Source of the DNA: Eukaryota sp. TZLM1-RC
Lineage: Eukaryota > Protista > Metamonada: BaSk clade
Direction: 5' to 3'
Length of the DNA stretch: 64,000 bases
NCBI GenBank assembly: GCA_040285825.1
Contig: JAUPSS010000002.1
Coordinates: 1,798,001 to 1,862,000 of the forward strand
How positions within the stretch are numbered: the first letter of the stretch is position 1; every line of letters begins with the position of its first letter. A program made the position numbers and the translations under genes. The notes below the pieces were generated by a model, which saw nothing but the letters and a program-made list of their open reading frames with translations, was not told the DNA's origin and made no database searches. Positions 49,749-62,084 of the stretch are shown here, in pieces.

Positions 49749-50672
49749 ACCCCTCCTCCATCAAAACGACAACAAAAAACCGGGTTACGAGGGTTCTAGT
49801 GTAGAATCCTCCTCCCCCACTCAATGTACGAGGTTACGATTACAAACTCCACCTCCAACAATAATGAATTACAAGGGCAGATATACGGAAGTTGCTCCCT
49901 CCCCCTTCCCTTTTAAAAAAAGTCAAGGTTAAGTAATGGGATACAGGTACAGTCATCGACCTCACCTCTTCCAGCGAATGGGAACGACGATGTATTTTAA
50001 CCCTCCCACTTTAACAATTTTTGTAGACAGGCAGTACTTTAACAACAAATGATGCCTCTTTCAGATTTTTGAACTTTGTTACTTTGTTTACTGTTGTTTT
50101 CAGTCCATCATAGACCCTGCATATTTATTAGCGAATCCATTATTCGATTCCATAATAACTTTACTAAACGACACTACCACGTTACTCATCTACGAAAAAA
50201 GGAAAAATGCAGAACGTCATTATGTAACGACTAAAGCTAATACAACAAAGTATTCAAACACATGGATCTTGGAACCAGTTCTTTTACGTTATTGCTCACT
50301 CCTCTATTCTACATTATTGTTAAAGGGATATAATACATCAACTATCAAGAAGTAAGACCCGTGTTTTTGTGAATCCAGTGCGAAAATAATAGTAGACATC
50401 AGGAAACATTAGATTTTAGTTATTAGTATTTTGTATATTTATAGTTTAGTTATTAGTTTAAAGTTAATTAATTTTGAAAAAGGGAAGAAGTAGTGTTGGC
50501 GCCTTTAGGCTTAAATAGAATAAGGGCAAAATAAATCAACTTTATGTCAATCATCTTTATCTCAACCACTTTTGCAACCTAAGGCAACAATAATTATTGG
50601 CCGTATTAGGTTATAGGTATACCGCTTACACAACTCACAGCTGTCAAACAGAGGATATCTTCAACAGATATC

Positions 50673-51236
50673 ATGTCAGTCTCTCCTCGCCAGGACACTG
50701 ACTCTAGTCAAATTTTTTACATTGAACAGATGCAACAGTACGACAGAGATGCTTCTAGCATACATACAACATCAGTAGGGACTGAAGAGTCGAATAAAGA
50801 AGAGGACTCGGGCTCGAGACCACCCTCCGCCCCTCCTCGTGAGAAAGATATGGAACCAGGCACAGAACCACCTCCCGCCTCTTCCAAATCAAAAACAACG
50901 GAACCAGGCACGGAACCACCTCCTGCCTCTTACATGTCCAACAAACCAGATAAGGTTTCAGGAACGGGACCACCCCCCTCCTCACCTAAAGAAAATGTTG
51001 GGTTAAGCTCAGATACTTCGTCTGCTCTGAAGGACTACGAAGAACTTCAGTCCGTCTTAGAAGAAATGGACGACGAAGAGAAAGAGCTTCGCCAACAGAT
51101 AATGAAGGACGCGGAAGCCCACCTTGAACCTACAGATTACTGTTTGTTTGAGCAGCTCCCTCCTTTATGGAAGCAAATCCAAAAGAGAGGTAGAAACGTT
51201 GGATTTCAAACACTGGAAATGAGGCTACGGGTATAG
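50673..51236 (+). CDS. 187-aa ORF of the LTR element, copy 2
   Basis: Differs from copy 1 at two residues. Confidence 0.55.
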   Translation: MSVSPRQDTDSSQIFYIEQMQQYDRDASSIHTTSVGTEESNKEEDSGSRPPSAPPREKDMEPGTEPPPASSKSKTTEPGTEPPPASYMSNKPDKVSGTGPPPSSPKENVGLSSDTSSALKDYEELQSVLEEMDDEEKELRQQIMKDAEAHLEPTDYCLFEQLPPLWKQIQKRGRNVGFQTLEMRLRV

Positions 51237-53959
51237 ACCCCTCCTCCATCAAAACGACAACAAAAAACCGGGTTACGAGGGTTCTAGTGTAGAATCCTCC
51301 TCCCCCACTCAATGTACGAGGTTACGATTACAAACTCCACCTCCAACAATAATGAATTACAAGGGCAGATATACGGAAGTTGCTCCCTCCCCCTTCCCTT
51401 TTAAAAAAAAGTCAAGGTTAAGTAATGGGATACAGGTACAGTCATCGAGCTCACCTCTTCCAGCGAATGGGAACGACGATGTATTTTAACCTTCCCACTT
51501 TAACAATTTTTGTAGACAGGCAGTACTTTAACAACAAATGATGCCTCTTTCAGATTTTTGAACTTTGTTACTTTGTTTACTGTTGTTTTCAGTCCATCAT
51601 AGACCCTGCATATTTATTAGCGAATCCATTATTCGATTCCATAATAACTTTACTAAACGACACTACCACGTTACTCATCTACGAAAAAAGGAAAAATGCA
51701 GAACGTCATTATGTAACGACTAAAGCTAATACAACAAAGTATTCAAACACATGGATCTTGGAACCAGTTCTTTTACGTTATTGCTCACTCCTTTATTCTA
51801 CATTATTGTTAAAGGGATATAATACATCAACTATCAAGAAGTAAGACCCGTGTTTTTGTGAATCCAGTGCGAAAATAATAGTAGACATCAGGAAACATTA
51901 GATTTTAGTTATTAGTATTTTGTATATTTATAGTTTAGTTATTAGTTTAAAGTTAATTAATTTTGAAAAAGGGAAGAAGTAGTGTTGGCGCCTTTAGGCT
52001 TAAATAGAATAAGGGCAAAATAAATCAACTTTATGTCAATCATCTTTATCTCAACCACTTTTGCAACCTAAGGCAACACTTTTCCAATAACAATGAGTGA
52101 AGATCTTGATTTAAAACAGCCGAGCTGCATATATTATTATAAAGATCATTTTCATACATTCCAGTCAATCGTTTCTGTAATGTTCGAAGAGTGTACTTCA
52201 CATTTAAAACATTCTTTTCTGGAATATTGCCATTGAATGATTGGGGAAAGCATCGACCCCATTTCTCTGCATCAATTTTTGAAATTTCTTCATTTAATGC
52301 AAAAACAGTGGAACTTTGCGTTGCCATCAATACATCCTCCCAATCTGCAAATCTTTCGGAAAACTCAAAGTTTGCATTTCTGCATCCACCAACAAAAGCA
52401 CACGAGGTAAGAATAGAAGCCTTCGTCCACTCTAAACCGCCATAATGTGGACTAAGGTAAGCATGGTCTGGAATTTGGAACATTTTACATCCCAGTAATT
52501 GTGACAAAACTTTTGCACGTAATTCATTAAACTTCTGAGCCAAAGGCCTAGTGACAAGAGGATTTGTAGATCGAAATATATGATTGACATTGGAACTAAA
52601 ACACAGTCTTATAATGGTAAATTTGATGTGTTTTTGTATATCTAAATTCATCATCATTCGGTCAATTTTGTCGGAAATTGAGTTCAACTTTTTAAACAAT
52701 TTTTTGGTAATTTCATCATTATTTCCTAAAAACGAACCCAAATGACGAATAGCATCAATTGAATATAATTTGGCTTGAATTTCAATACCATCAACTATTG
52801 TGGAAACTGGAGAATTCGCTAACAAAACACATTTAAGTAAATTAAGTCGGAGACCAATTTTGGTAAATAATTCTTTAAAACATACAGTTGCGTTTTTCAC
52901 AATATTTAAATCACCAATAAGCACAACATCATCCATATATGCAATCATTTTTAGCGAAGGAAACATTTCTTGAATTTGCAATAAAATAGGATGAATGGCC
53001 AAACAAAACAAAAGAGGTCCTAACGGATCTCCTTGCTTTACACCACTTAATGAACTCAAAATACAGAGTTATGGAAATCATAATTTGCAAAGATACATGG
53101 CGACTCAAATTCCGCTTCAGTTGGGCGACTATACGTTTTGCTTGCCTTCTGGGTGAACATGAACCGCAATGAATCACCATTTGAAAAAATGGTATAGTTA
53201 ATAAATTTAGATTTATGAACAAACCGAAAAGGGATGTTCTGCAGCTCCTTGGTTTCATTTAGCTTTGTGAAATAAAATTCGGCCTTTTTCCAAACTGCAA
53301 AATCATGGAAACCAACTTGGAAAAGGCGAGAGAGAGTGTCTTTTCATAACCTCAGGGCAGTTGTCTTTTAGAAAAGATGAAATATTCAGTCATGACTCAT
53401 ATTCTGACAAGCGTACAATCCTTTTGTAAATAGATCAAGGTTTTGTCAGCGAATAGAAGGTCACAAATGTATTGTTTCAAATGATGTCAAAAAGAATAGA
53501 CACATTCATTATTCATTTCTATTAAGAAAGAGTATTCAACGAATGTTATCATTGACACAGCTCTAAGACTAAAATGGTGATATCACTTCACTTAGACCTT
53601 TTAACAGTGTTGCCTGCGTTACAAGCAACGTAACGTACCTGCGTGTCGTTCCTTGTACTGTTTATTATGTGCAAAACATAGTAGGGTTTAACCATTTTTG
53701 GCAAAATTCACTGCTGATTCCTTACAAACATCAACTGTCACTAAATCACCAAGTCTGATTACTGCATCGCAACCAGAAGGATTCAAGTCAGCACAATGGT
53801 TTCAATCAGTTCGGATAGGAAATTGGGATTTTGATTGAAACATCAACAGTAAAGGTCTTGTGTTCATTTTTTTTTGCTTAGCATTGAAAAGAATTTGGAA
53901 AATCGATTTAATATTACACAAAAAACAACCTTGTAGATTAAATTAAAACAATTGAAAAA

Positions 53960-55981
53960 CTAGAAGAAATCATCTGCAAAATCAACCTCCTCCTTAGCTC
54001 CTGCTTGACTCTGATAAAAGGAGACCAGTGCCCTAGAATCTGTAGCCTGTGTGACCTCTTTATCTTCCCTCACCCTTATAAACCTAGGAAATCGGAGAGC
54101 AATTCCCCTTTCAGAAAGAATGCCCTGAGCGGCAGGGTACTTTGGTGAAAGCGAGAGATCAGCTGCTTTGACTTCCCAGACAATTCCATGGTTTTCTGGA
54201 TCAAAATAGACGTCAGGAAGTTCAATATTACCCAACTGAATAGACCTAGGGGGTGAATCGAGTTTGTGGTTAGTGAATGTATTGGTGAATTCTGCAAAAA
54301 CTGCATCAGAAAAACCTGTTCCTACCTTGGTTACGGCTTGAAATAGTTCAGTTTCGGAATCATAAATACTAACAATAAACGAAGCAAACAGTCCAGATCG
54401 TTTTCCTTTACCATAAAATGCACCAATCGGAACCAGATCCAAAGAGTCACCCAATGCATTAATGTAGTCTTTCTTGACCTTTAACCACTTATAAGACCTT
54501 CTGGCTGGACAGTATTCAGAGTTATCATCAAGAGTTTTGACCATCAACCCTTCTGTGTTTGCGGTGACGGCTTCGTCCAAGAAAGTGGAGATATCGTCAA
54601 CAGAATTACAATCATGGTAATGGGCAAAAGAAAATTCTCCAATTCTTTCAGAAAAACTTTCGTGTAGAAGCTCTCTTCTATTTCTAAAAGAGTCATTAAT
54701 GAGAGATTTTCCATTCAAGAAAATAATGTCAAATGCAAATAAGCACACCTTCACCTCAATATTGCCAGTAGAAACATCCTTTCTTGCCCTGGTAGCGAGT
54801 TTCTGGAAAGAATCCACTTTATTAGTGGCAGTATTCCAAGAACAAACTTCACAATCAATTACAAATGATTCCACACTAGATTTGATAACAGACCCCTCCC
54901 CATTTCCAGCAAACAAAGCAACCAAATCTGGGTATTTTTCAGTGTTATCTTCGCAATTTCTGGAGAAAATAGAAACTTTTCCATCTGCTGTTTTATGGAC
55001 TTGGGCCCGTTCTCCGTCGTACTTGTATTCGCAAGTAAAGGCAAAGTCCTCAAACCTTTGCAAAACCTCCCCTACTGATTTAGTGGGCTTGGCTAGCATG
55101 GGTTTGATAGGGTAACCAACTGTTAGATTGCAAACTTTGGAAATATTTTTCCATCCAAATTCAACCAAATTATTGCCCAATACACCTAAATCATTAATTT
55201 CAGCATAAGCCTGTTTGATTAATTCTTCAGCTTGTTGCTGGACTTCCTTTGACCTTTGATTGGAGTAATTAACCGCTGCAACTGCCATTGCTGACGTCAC
55301 AGTTGCCTCTGATGCCCCTATCCTAATCCTCCCCTGCAATGACCTCACAATGAACTTTGACTCACTGGCCCTACATGACACCAATAGATTCGTAACAATA
55401 CCAGTTTTATCCCTCCTTGACCGCTGTCCCTCCATCCTGGCTACCTTCATCAACTCAGTAAAGACAAAGGGAACTGTCAAGGGTTTAGGTTTGAATAAAG
55501 TTTGTTGGCGAGATTTGGAAGATTGAGCAACATCACCAAGATCCCCAACACGTTTAGCATCCTTCTTAACCTGTGCACTCGACTTACCAGAAGAATTAGC
55601 AATGGCGTCAATGAGAATAGCATCTCCAAGTCCAAGTGTGAGACCCATGTAAGGAGGACCAAGTTCATTAACACAGAGATAGAGGACAGAAGCATAGTCT
55701 TGAGGGGAGAGGACCATGATGGCATGGAACAGAGAAGAAAGAAGACTAATCTTTTCAAGTCGCTTTGTGGTAGAGTCAATAGCATCAAAAGTAGAAGCGA
55801 GTGCTAAATAAGGTGTGGGAGTGTCAGGGTCCCATAAAGAAAATGGAAGAGAAGAAGTATGTTTTTGAAGTTTGTTGATGGCTGATTGCCTACGTTCATC
55901 TATTTCGACTTCAGTACGAGGTTGCTTGAGAGAGGTTGCTTCGGATGGAGAATTGTTGGACGTGCGTTTTCCAGTGCCCAT
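53960..55981 (-). CDS. LIG1: DNA ligase I (ATP-dependent)
   Basis: PIKPMLAKPTK, CEYKYDGERAQVH (adenylation motif I), EGLMVK, WLKVKKDY, DSLDLVPIG, LRFPRFIRVREDK; first ATG at 55981. Confidence 0.96.
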   Translation of the reverse strand: MGTGKRTSNNSPSEATSLKQPRTEVEIDERRQSAINKLQKHTSSLPFSLWDPDTPTPYLALASTFDAIDSTTKRLEKISLLSSLFHAIMVLSPQDYASVLYLCVNELGPPYMGLTLGLGDAILIDAIANSSGKSSAQVKKDAKRVGDLGDVAQSSKSRQQTLFKPKPLTVPFVFTELMKVARMEGQRSRRDKTGIVTNLLVSCRASESKFIVRSLQGRIRIGASEATVTSAMAVAAVNYSNQRSKEVQQQAEELIKQAYAEINDLGVLGNNLVEFGWKNISKVCNLTVGYPIKPMLAKPTKSVGEVLQRFEDFAFTCEYKYDGERAQVHKTADGKVSIFSRNCEDNTEKYPDLVALFAGNGEGSVIKSSVESFVIDCEVCSWNTATNKVDSFQKLATRARKDVSTGNIEVKVCLFAFDIIFLNGKSLINDSFRNRRELLHESFSERIGEFSFAHYHDCNSVDDISTFLDEAVTANTEGLMVKTLDDNSEYCPARRSYKWLKVKKDYINALGDSLDLVPIGAFYGKGKRSGLFASFIVSIYDSETELFQAVTKVGTGFSDAVFAEFTNTFTNHKLDSPPRSIQLGNIELPDVYFDPENHGIVWEVKAADLSLSPKYPAAQGILSERGIALRFPRFIRVREDKEVTQATDSRALVSFYQSQAGAKEEVDFADDFF

Positions 55982-56286
55982 TATCAAGGAAAGGAAAGAA
56001 ATCAATCAAATGATACTCCCCGAAAAATAAAGATAAATAAAGAGTGAAACATCTATAACTACAACTGGTTTTTGCGTGGTCTACTACGTGGACGTTTTAC
56101 AGGAGGCACTAAAAATAATTTATGATATCATTATCATCAATATGATGACGATTGTTGCTTTTTGATTCGTGTTTTGATTGTACTGTTTTTTATTCTGGAA
56201 ATCCAAATCAATCAAACCTTGTATTGTTATAGGTTTGTTATAGGTTTAGAAGGTGATTTATGAACTTAAGGCACTCAAACAAAACG

Positions 56287-57030
56287 CTACAAACGATCAA
56301 TAGAAAACACCTCAATCTCTCCTACTTCTGCGTTAGGTCTCGCTAAAAGCCCCCGTGCACTATGAGAATTGGGTGCAATGTGGTGCTCTTCAAACTCCCT
56401 GACTTCATAACGCCAAAAAGTACTTCCTAAGTTTGAAGTGCACAATTGTCTTGATTCCAGCAGGACCATAAAGTCCTGAAGACCGAAAACAGGACCCAAT
56501 TGTGGATCAGCTGTAATAAGTTCAGCAGATTCTGTTCCTGCTGCATTGAGAATGAATGGATCGATACCGTAAGGATTTGTCAAACTAAAGATAAATGAAC
56601 CTTCAGCTAGTTTGTGTTCTTTACCGGAAAAATCCTTGTTTCCACTGAATCCGCCACAAATGAAGCCGTCTATTGTTCGGACAATACATAGTAGATTTGT
56701 GAAATGATCACAACTTTCATGGAAGGCTGATGGTTCCCATCCATCAGAAGTAGCACGATACCGCAGGGTTGAGTGGTCTGATAGTGATGAGTTATCAAAA
56801 CCAAGTGCGTGGCTCAAGAACTCAATCCATTCCTTTGTACAAATCAAACTGTCAGATAAGCTCAATTTTCGTTGAGCAATTGAATGCCTTCTTGCTTTAG
56901 GTTTCGTTCCTACCAAGGTCCGCAGATCCTGTATTTCATTTGTCAAATGGTCCAGTCTAGATAGAACGGCCTCCATTAATTGGGAGTCTGCAGTTGTTTG
57001 TAAGCTGGGCTCGTTTTCCGGTGAAGTCAT
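56287..57030 (-). CDS. TLDc-domain protein
   Basis: LRYRATSDGW...FHESCD, GFICGGFS, SFIFSLTNP, GPVFG, EIEVF; N-terminal coiled coil; start codon uncertain. Confidence 0.88.
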   Translation of the reverse strand: MTSPENEPSLQTTADSQLMEAVLSRLDHLTNEIQDLRTLVGTKPKARRHSIAQRKLSLSDSLICTKEWIEFLSHALGFDNSSLSDHSTLRYRATSDGWEPSAFHESCDHFTNLLCIVRTIDGFICGGFSGNKDFSGKEHKLAEGSFIFSLTNPYGIDPFILNAAGTESAELITADPQLGPVFGLQDFMVLLESRQLCTSNLGSTFWRYEVREFEEHHIAPNSHSARGLLARPNAEVGEIEVFSIDRL

Positions 57031-57724
57031 AATAAGACAATCAGAATAACAAAGAAACATTTTTGACTGTAGACTGTTCAATTTTACAGGATTTCTTGAT
57101 GGCGTGTGCCAACTTCTTGTGTTTGACTTCTGTTACTAACCATCAAAAGGAACTATGACATTATATTTTGACTACAGTTCAAAACTATACATAGTTCTTA
57201 ACTTTGCCTTTCGCTTATCTTGACAATGTATTGAGGTCAGGTTGTTCAATGGAACTCATTAACCATTTCCAACATTTTTCAGGCTTGCATCAGTGGGTTC
57301 AATAACAATGGTTTGAGACTGTTGTTTCTTGAACACCTCTGATCTTTCTCTTCCATCCTTAATGTCTTCAGCTGATATAGGAAAATTCAGAGCAGAATTA
57401 GCTTTACCAATAAAAAACATTTTGCATTGATTACACTGCCTCAAACTCCATGGAATTAGTGAACGTTATAGTTACCTGTTTGATCCTTTTCCAAATGCTT
57501 TGAAATAAATAATCTTCTCGTTAATTGTACTTTCTAACATTTCCACTTAATCTGTAATCACTAAACGTCTTTGTTCATTCTAATTCACAAAATTCATCTA
57601 AATTGGTATATTTTCATCATTTGAGACTGGTTTAGGTTTGATTGTAAATGGTTGTCGGTTTGCCATTTTGTTTGTTGACTCTAAACGAAATTTCGGATTT
57701 TATTTTATTGATTTAGATTATAAT

Positions 57725-58475
57725 TGTAAAAATGAGATTATATATGAATATCCCCATTAATCAATTATAATCAAAAAAATGTATTTGTGCAAATTCACCT
57801 CAACTCACTTTGCGTCACGCTGAGAATTGTTCCAAATTGATAACCTATCGTTCTTCATTACATGATGTTGATAGAGATACTGTTTTCAATATGGCACGAA
57901 CTGCAAGAATCTTGTGTATTAAAGAGCCTCTGCTGAAGGATACATTTTCTTTGAACAATTTTGGTTCTGATGATAGAGGTGATGTATACTCTGATTGGAT
58001 TGAGAATTCTGAAGCTGTTGTTGATTATGTCTCCTGTAATGTTGCAAATGGCACTTTGGTTCAAAGATGAAAACTTAATCATGTAAGTGCTCCTGAACTT
58101 AAAGCTAAAGAAAAACAAAGAAAATATGACAAAGAAGTCCAAGAAGCTAATGTTGCCAGAAATAGACCTCTTGTTTTTATAACTTTCCCATTTTCGATGA
58201 ACAGAAAACTATCAGTAGAAGCAGGAACTTTTTTGAATGAATTCCAAAAAATGTTTCAAGGAAAAACAATGAAAAGATTTGGTATCTTTTCATGGCGCTC
58301 ACGAATCCAATTTGCCATTATTGATAGATTGTATGGGTATTTCAATCAAATTAGAGAAGCTTTAGCTAGACAGCCAGCAGATCAAGAGTTTGTAGATCAA
58401 ATCTTGGTTCCCAGAACTTCGTCCCATTAGTTATGAGTTACTTTTGATAAATGTGCGAGTTCAATAAACTGATAA
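57725..58475 (+). mobile_element. 3' fragment of family C non-LTR retrotransposon
   Basis: ORFs 57810-58070 and 58197-58430 match 48216-48935; conserved 3' UTR CGTCCCATTAGTTATGAG and AATAAA. Confidence 0.88.
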
Positions 58476-59383
58476 ATTGTAGTTGTAATTAGCAAGTTTA
58501 CCAACTTCGAAGTATTTACTATCATCAAAAATATTAAAATTGTTGTTCCTCATAATGTTGTCTCAAACCTCCTTTTTCCTCATCCTCCTTTTCTTTGGGG
58601 AAGTGTCCAGCTCTGGCTCTTCTAGCCTTTTCAGCCTTTTTACATGTTTCATCACACCTCTCCTTAATTGTTGGACTTGGTTTTGCTTTCTGACTCATAG
58701 CGTTGAAGTGAATGAAACAGTATAATATTCAGTATTCCTTCGCAATTGGGAGATATCCTGACATAATGAGTGAGATGTCCTTTGTCGCTTTATAGTCACT
58801 TCAGAATCAGAGTGGTTCGGTAGTTATTCAACCTTGTGTTTGACAATAGTTTCTCTTTTTGTCAAGCAAAAATTGTTGGCAGTGATGTTCAAATTTACAT
58901 TTAAATTTGTACTAAATAAATGTCCATTGTAATCTGATCGATGAATTCCCATGAAATACAATGTTTATAGATAACGTTTGAATCGCACCTACCTCAATAT
59001 TGATTTCCAAGAGTTTTTGAATTAGAGTCAGTACACACAACTCAGTTTGGAAGGTAGTCTATTGGTTTCAAGAAGAAACAGAAGATAAACGGGTTGGTAA
59101 ATGTGATAGTTTTTGCCTTTATCTATTGGTGTTTTGGTTGTTTTGTTTTCCATTTTTGCACTTATTCAAATTGCTCACCGTGCTTCTTAAAAATACACAA
59201 CTAGTCGTTATCTCTGATAAAGCGACTTGTGGCTATTGTTGGAGATTCTGCAATATTTTTTTGTTGATTACAACTTACATATTTATTGGATTGGACCTTA
59301 TCCAACTTCTAGAACTTACTGGTCACTTGTCCTTGTGATCTTGTTTACTTTTCGCGTCTTGTGAATCTTTTCTGGATCCTATA

Positions 59384-60979
59384 ATGGATGAATCTGAGCC
59401 TTCAATTATTGTTCTTCATGTTTCATCAGCACATCTTTGGTTAGGGTTCTGTACTGATGCAGATTGCCAGGTTAGCTTTCCCCAAGTCATTGCTCGCAAA
59501 TTTCCCTCTGACAGCCCGGTACCTCCTCCAATAGCAGAATCTGTTTCTTCAGATCTTCCTTGGTACATTTCTGAAAGTTTGCCAATCCTAGATCAAGTTG
59601 GTTCTCAAATGCGAACTGATTTTGGAGTATCGGACCCAATACCTGCTGAAATTAATCCTTACGATCCCTTAAGCAATCCTCTCAAGGTAGATCATCTCCC
59701 CACTTTTGCTGAATGTGCTTGTCGCTGGGACTGGGAATCTCCATCTGGTGATGTTGTGGTTGGTCACGATGCTCTCCACATCCCTGCTGGCTCTCCATTT
59801 TCCCTCAGATGGCCTCTAAACAGTGGGTCTGGAAGGTTTAGTTTGGGAGTTTTTGAGGGTTACCCTAAATCTTGTGCTTTGAATGACGTGTTTACTATTT
59901 GGAAAGCTGCACTCAATTTATTATTTGTGAAAAGTTACTCAAAGCCGGCACCGACAGAATATTCCAATTTTTCTGTGGTCTTGGTTTGTCCAGACGATTT
60001 TGATCCTTCTGCAGTGAGCTCATTATGCCAGCTTTTAACTTCTTCTTTTGGTTTTGCTTCTGTAATGTTCACTGGGGAAGCCATAACAGCCTGTTATTCG
60101 TGGGGGGTAAGTAGCGCGATTGTTGTCGACATTGGGTCTTTTAATACCAAAATCTCTGTTGTTGAGGATGGAAGTTCACTTCCCAATACTCATTTATGCA
60201 TGCCGTTTGGTCTTGAGAGTTGTACGTCCATGTTGGCTCACTTGTTTGAGAATTGGGCAGCAGTGAACAATTACCCCTCTCTTAACCTTAGCCTCGATAA
60301 CCCGCAGCATCGACAGTCTTTGCTGAATGTGTTATTTACAAAGTGTAATGCACTGTTACCAGAAGCATCGGCTAGCAGTTTTTCTTTCTGTGTACATTCG
60401 TTAGATGGAAGCCAACATACAAGACGACGAATAGTACTTGATACTCCTGAGTCTGCTAAAATTCTGACTTATCCTCTTGTTTCGTTCTTTGTTCCCCAAT
60501 CCCACAACCTGTCATTAGCCCCCCCTTCATCCCCAATGGAGAAGGGTGGTGACCCTTCGTGGCAGCAGCTAGCACCTTTTCATTCGCCTTTCACAACCTT
60601 GCCATTGGGAACTGCCGTGGTTGAATCTTTAATGAGAATAGGAAGGACTGACCTGAGGAAAAGGCTGTTGGGCACTGTTCTGCTGATTGGAGGGGGTTCA
60701 AAGTTACCCAATATTGCACCAGCCTTGTCTAATCAAATAAGGACAGCAGTTTTTGAAGCAAATATAGAATCTTTTGTTGATCGAATTGAAGTTCATGTTG
60801 AAAATAGATCTAATGTACCAAATGACCATGTTTCTTGGAGAGGGGGAGCAATTATTGGGATGCTGTGTAGTAATAATGAAGAGCTTAAGGAAGAGTTATT
60901 TGTTACAGGGAATGAGCTCCGTGATTATGGTATTAACGCAATTAGAGAGAAGTGTACTTTTGTTGTTAATCTTGATTGA
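59384..60979 (+). CDS. ARP8: Actin-related protein 8 (INO80 complex), divergent
   Basis: IIVLH.S..L.LG..D.....PQVIAR, VG.DAL.IP...LRWPL, VVLV.PD.F, GVSSAIVVDIG..TKISVVEDG, LLIGGG, SWRGGAI. Confidence 0.75.
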   Translation: MDESEPSIIVLHVSSAHLWLGFCTDADCQVSFPQVIARKFPSDSPVPPPIAESVSSDLPWYISESLPILDQVGSQMRTDFGVSDPIPAEINPYDPLSNPLKVDHLPTFAECACRWDWESPSGDVVVGHDALHIPAGSPFSLRWPLNSGSGRFSLGVFEGYPKSCALNDVFTIWKAALNLLFVKSYSKPAPTEYSNFSVVLVCPDDFDPSAVSSLCQLLTSSFGFASVMFTGEAITACYSWGVSSAIVVDIGSFNTKISVVEDGSSLPNTHLCMPFGLESCTSMLAHLFENWAAVNNYPSLNLSLDNPQHRQSLLNVLFTKCNALLPEASASSFSFCVHSLDGSQHTRRRIVLDTPESAKILTYPLVSFFVPQSHNLSLAPPSSPMEKGGDPSWQQLAPFHSPFTTLPLGTAVVESLMRIGRTDLRKRLLGTVLLIGGGSKLPNIAPALSNQIRTAVFEANIESFVDRIEVHVENRSNVPNDHVSWRGGAIIGMLCSNNEELKEELFVTGNELRDYGINAIREKCTFVVNLD

Positions 60980-62084
60980 CTTTATTTTATTCAAATAAAT
61001 CTTTTTTGGCTCTATTTTTAAGCGTTTTTTGTCGTATTTTTGAACATCGCGTAGATGTGGACGTGGGTTTAGATTTTTGAGTTACTTATATAACATGAAT
61101 GTCAAATTAATTTATCCAAATTTATGACGTATATTCGAATAAATAGTATTTGTTGAAGTATTCTGAGATATCCACAACTTGCTACTTCTTCCAACAGCAT
61201 TTTCTGTAGTCAAAATATAACATAATGTATCTAAATCAGGGCGAATGTTAGCGGAATCGTCAAAAGGCATTCTCCATTGAGACATTCAAAATGATTCAAT
61301 TTAAGCACACCAAAACTATTAAACAATTCTGTGAATTTGGAACAAGATACAGATCATTTATATTACAAACTACAATTGCCCCCAATGAAAATACGCTCCT
61401 TTATAACAGTGGCTTTGTCTATATTTGTGAAATGCTATGTCACTCACAAAATTATAAGAACACATATTGCAGATGTGAGTCGAAATTCCATAACTGACCA
61501 ACTGCAGAGGATGAGTGAATAGACGGGCATTGTGAAAAAACACATTTGGCATTTCTGAAATCTTTGTCAAATACCCACAAAAAATGTCTTTATTGCTGAT
61601 AAACTAGGTTAAAGTATCTCAGGATTTCACGTGATGATGTGGCAATCGTTCAAGAACAGGCACCTTTAATAATAAAGCTCTCTTTTCTCTCTTTACTTCC
61701 TTGGTGTTTCTGCCCAATGGAATCAAAATTGGTTTATTATGGTACATTTTCTCAAAAACTTAAACTTCGCTCTATTTTAGAGCTCTATCGTCTTGCTATT
61801 TTAGGTTTGAGAGTTTTGCTTCTTAAATATAGACGACTTACTTCTTGAGTGACAATTGATTATGTTAGTGATTAAATGCCAATCACTTAAATTAAATAAC
61901 GATTATCTAATTGTTTTCATTGCTGGTCTCCATGCAAATGCTTCATTGTTTCCATTTTTGTTTCATTTTCTTCCACTTTACATTCTTGTTCTTGATTTCT
62001 GTAACAGAGTGATATCTTTCATTAAAGTTACACCCCCCCCCCACAAAAATAACTTTTTTTTAACATAAAAGAAGTTGATAATAC

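Larger units (their letters stand above)
49006..52078 (+). mobile_element. Non-autonomous LTR retroelement in tandem LTR-I-LTR-I-LTR form (TRIM-like short LTRs)
   Basis: Three 96-bp LTRs TGTTG...CAACA at 49006-49101, 50494-50589 and 51983-52078; polypurine tract AAAAAGGGAAGAAG before LTR2 and LTR3; 4-bp TSD CTTT (49002-05, 52079-82); unit length 1488/1489 bp. Confidence 0.9.
48153..53062 (-). mobile_element. 5'-truncated, otherwise open-frame family C non-LTR retrotransposon, split by an LTR-element insertion
   Basis: 52079-53059 (GVKQGDPLGPLLFCL, AYMDD) and 48216-49001 (CIC..HALNC, HDAVRD, DRGDV, KEKHRKY) join in frame when 49002-52078 is removed. Confidence 0.9.

Noticed and set aside
49006-52078. 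Pure assembly artefact or Ginger-type DNA transposon
   Set aside because: Units differ at several positions, and direct LTRs with polypurine tracts indicate an LTR element; long reads are still needed for certainty
57250-57666. Minus-strand reading frame starting MANRQPFTIK
   Set aside because: Several in-frame stops and no recognisable domain; at best an unassignable pseudogene
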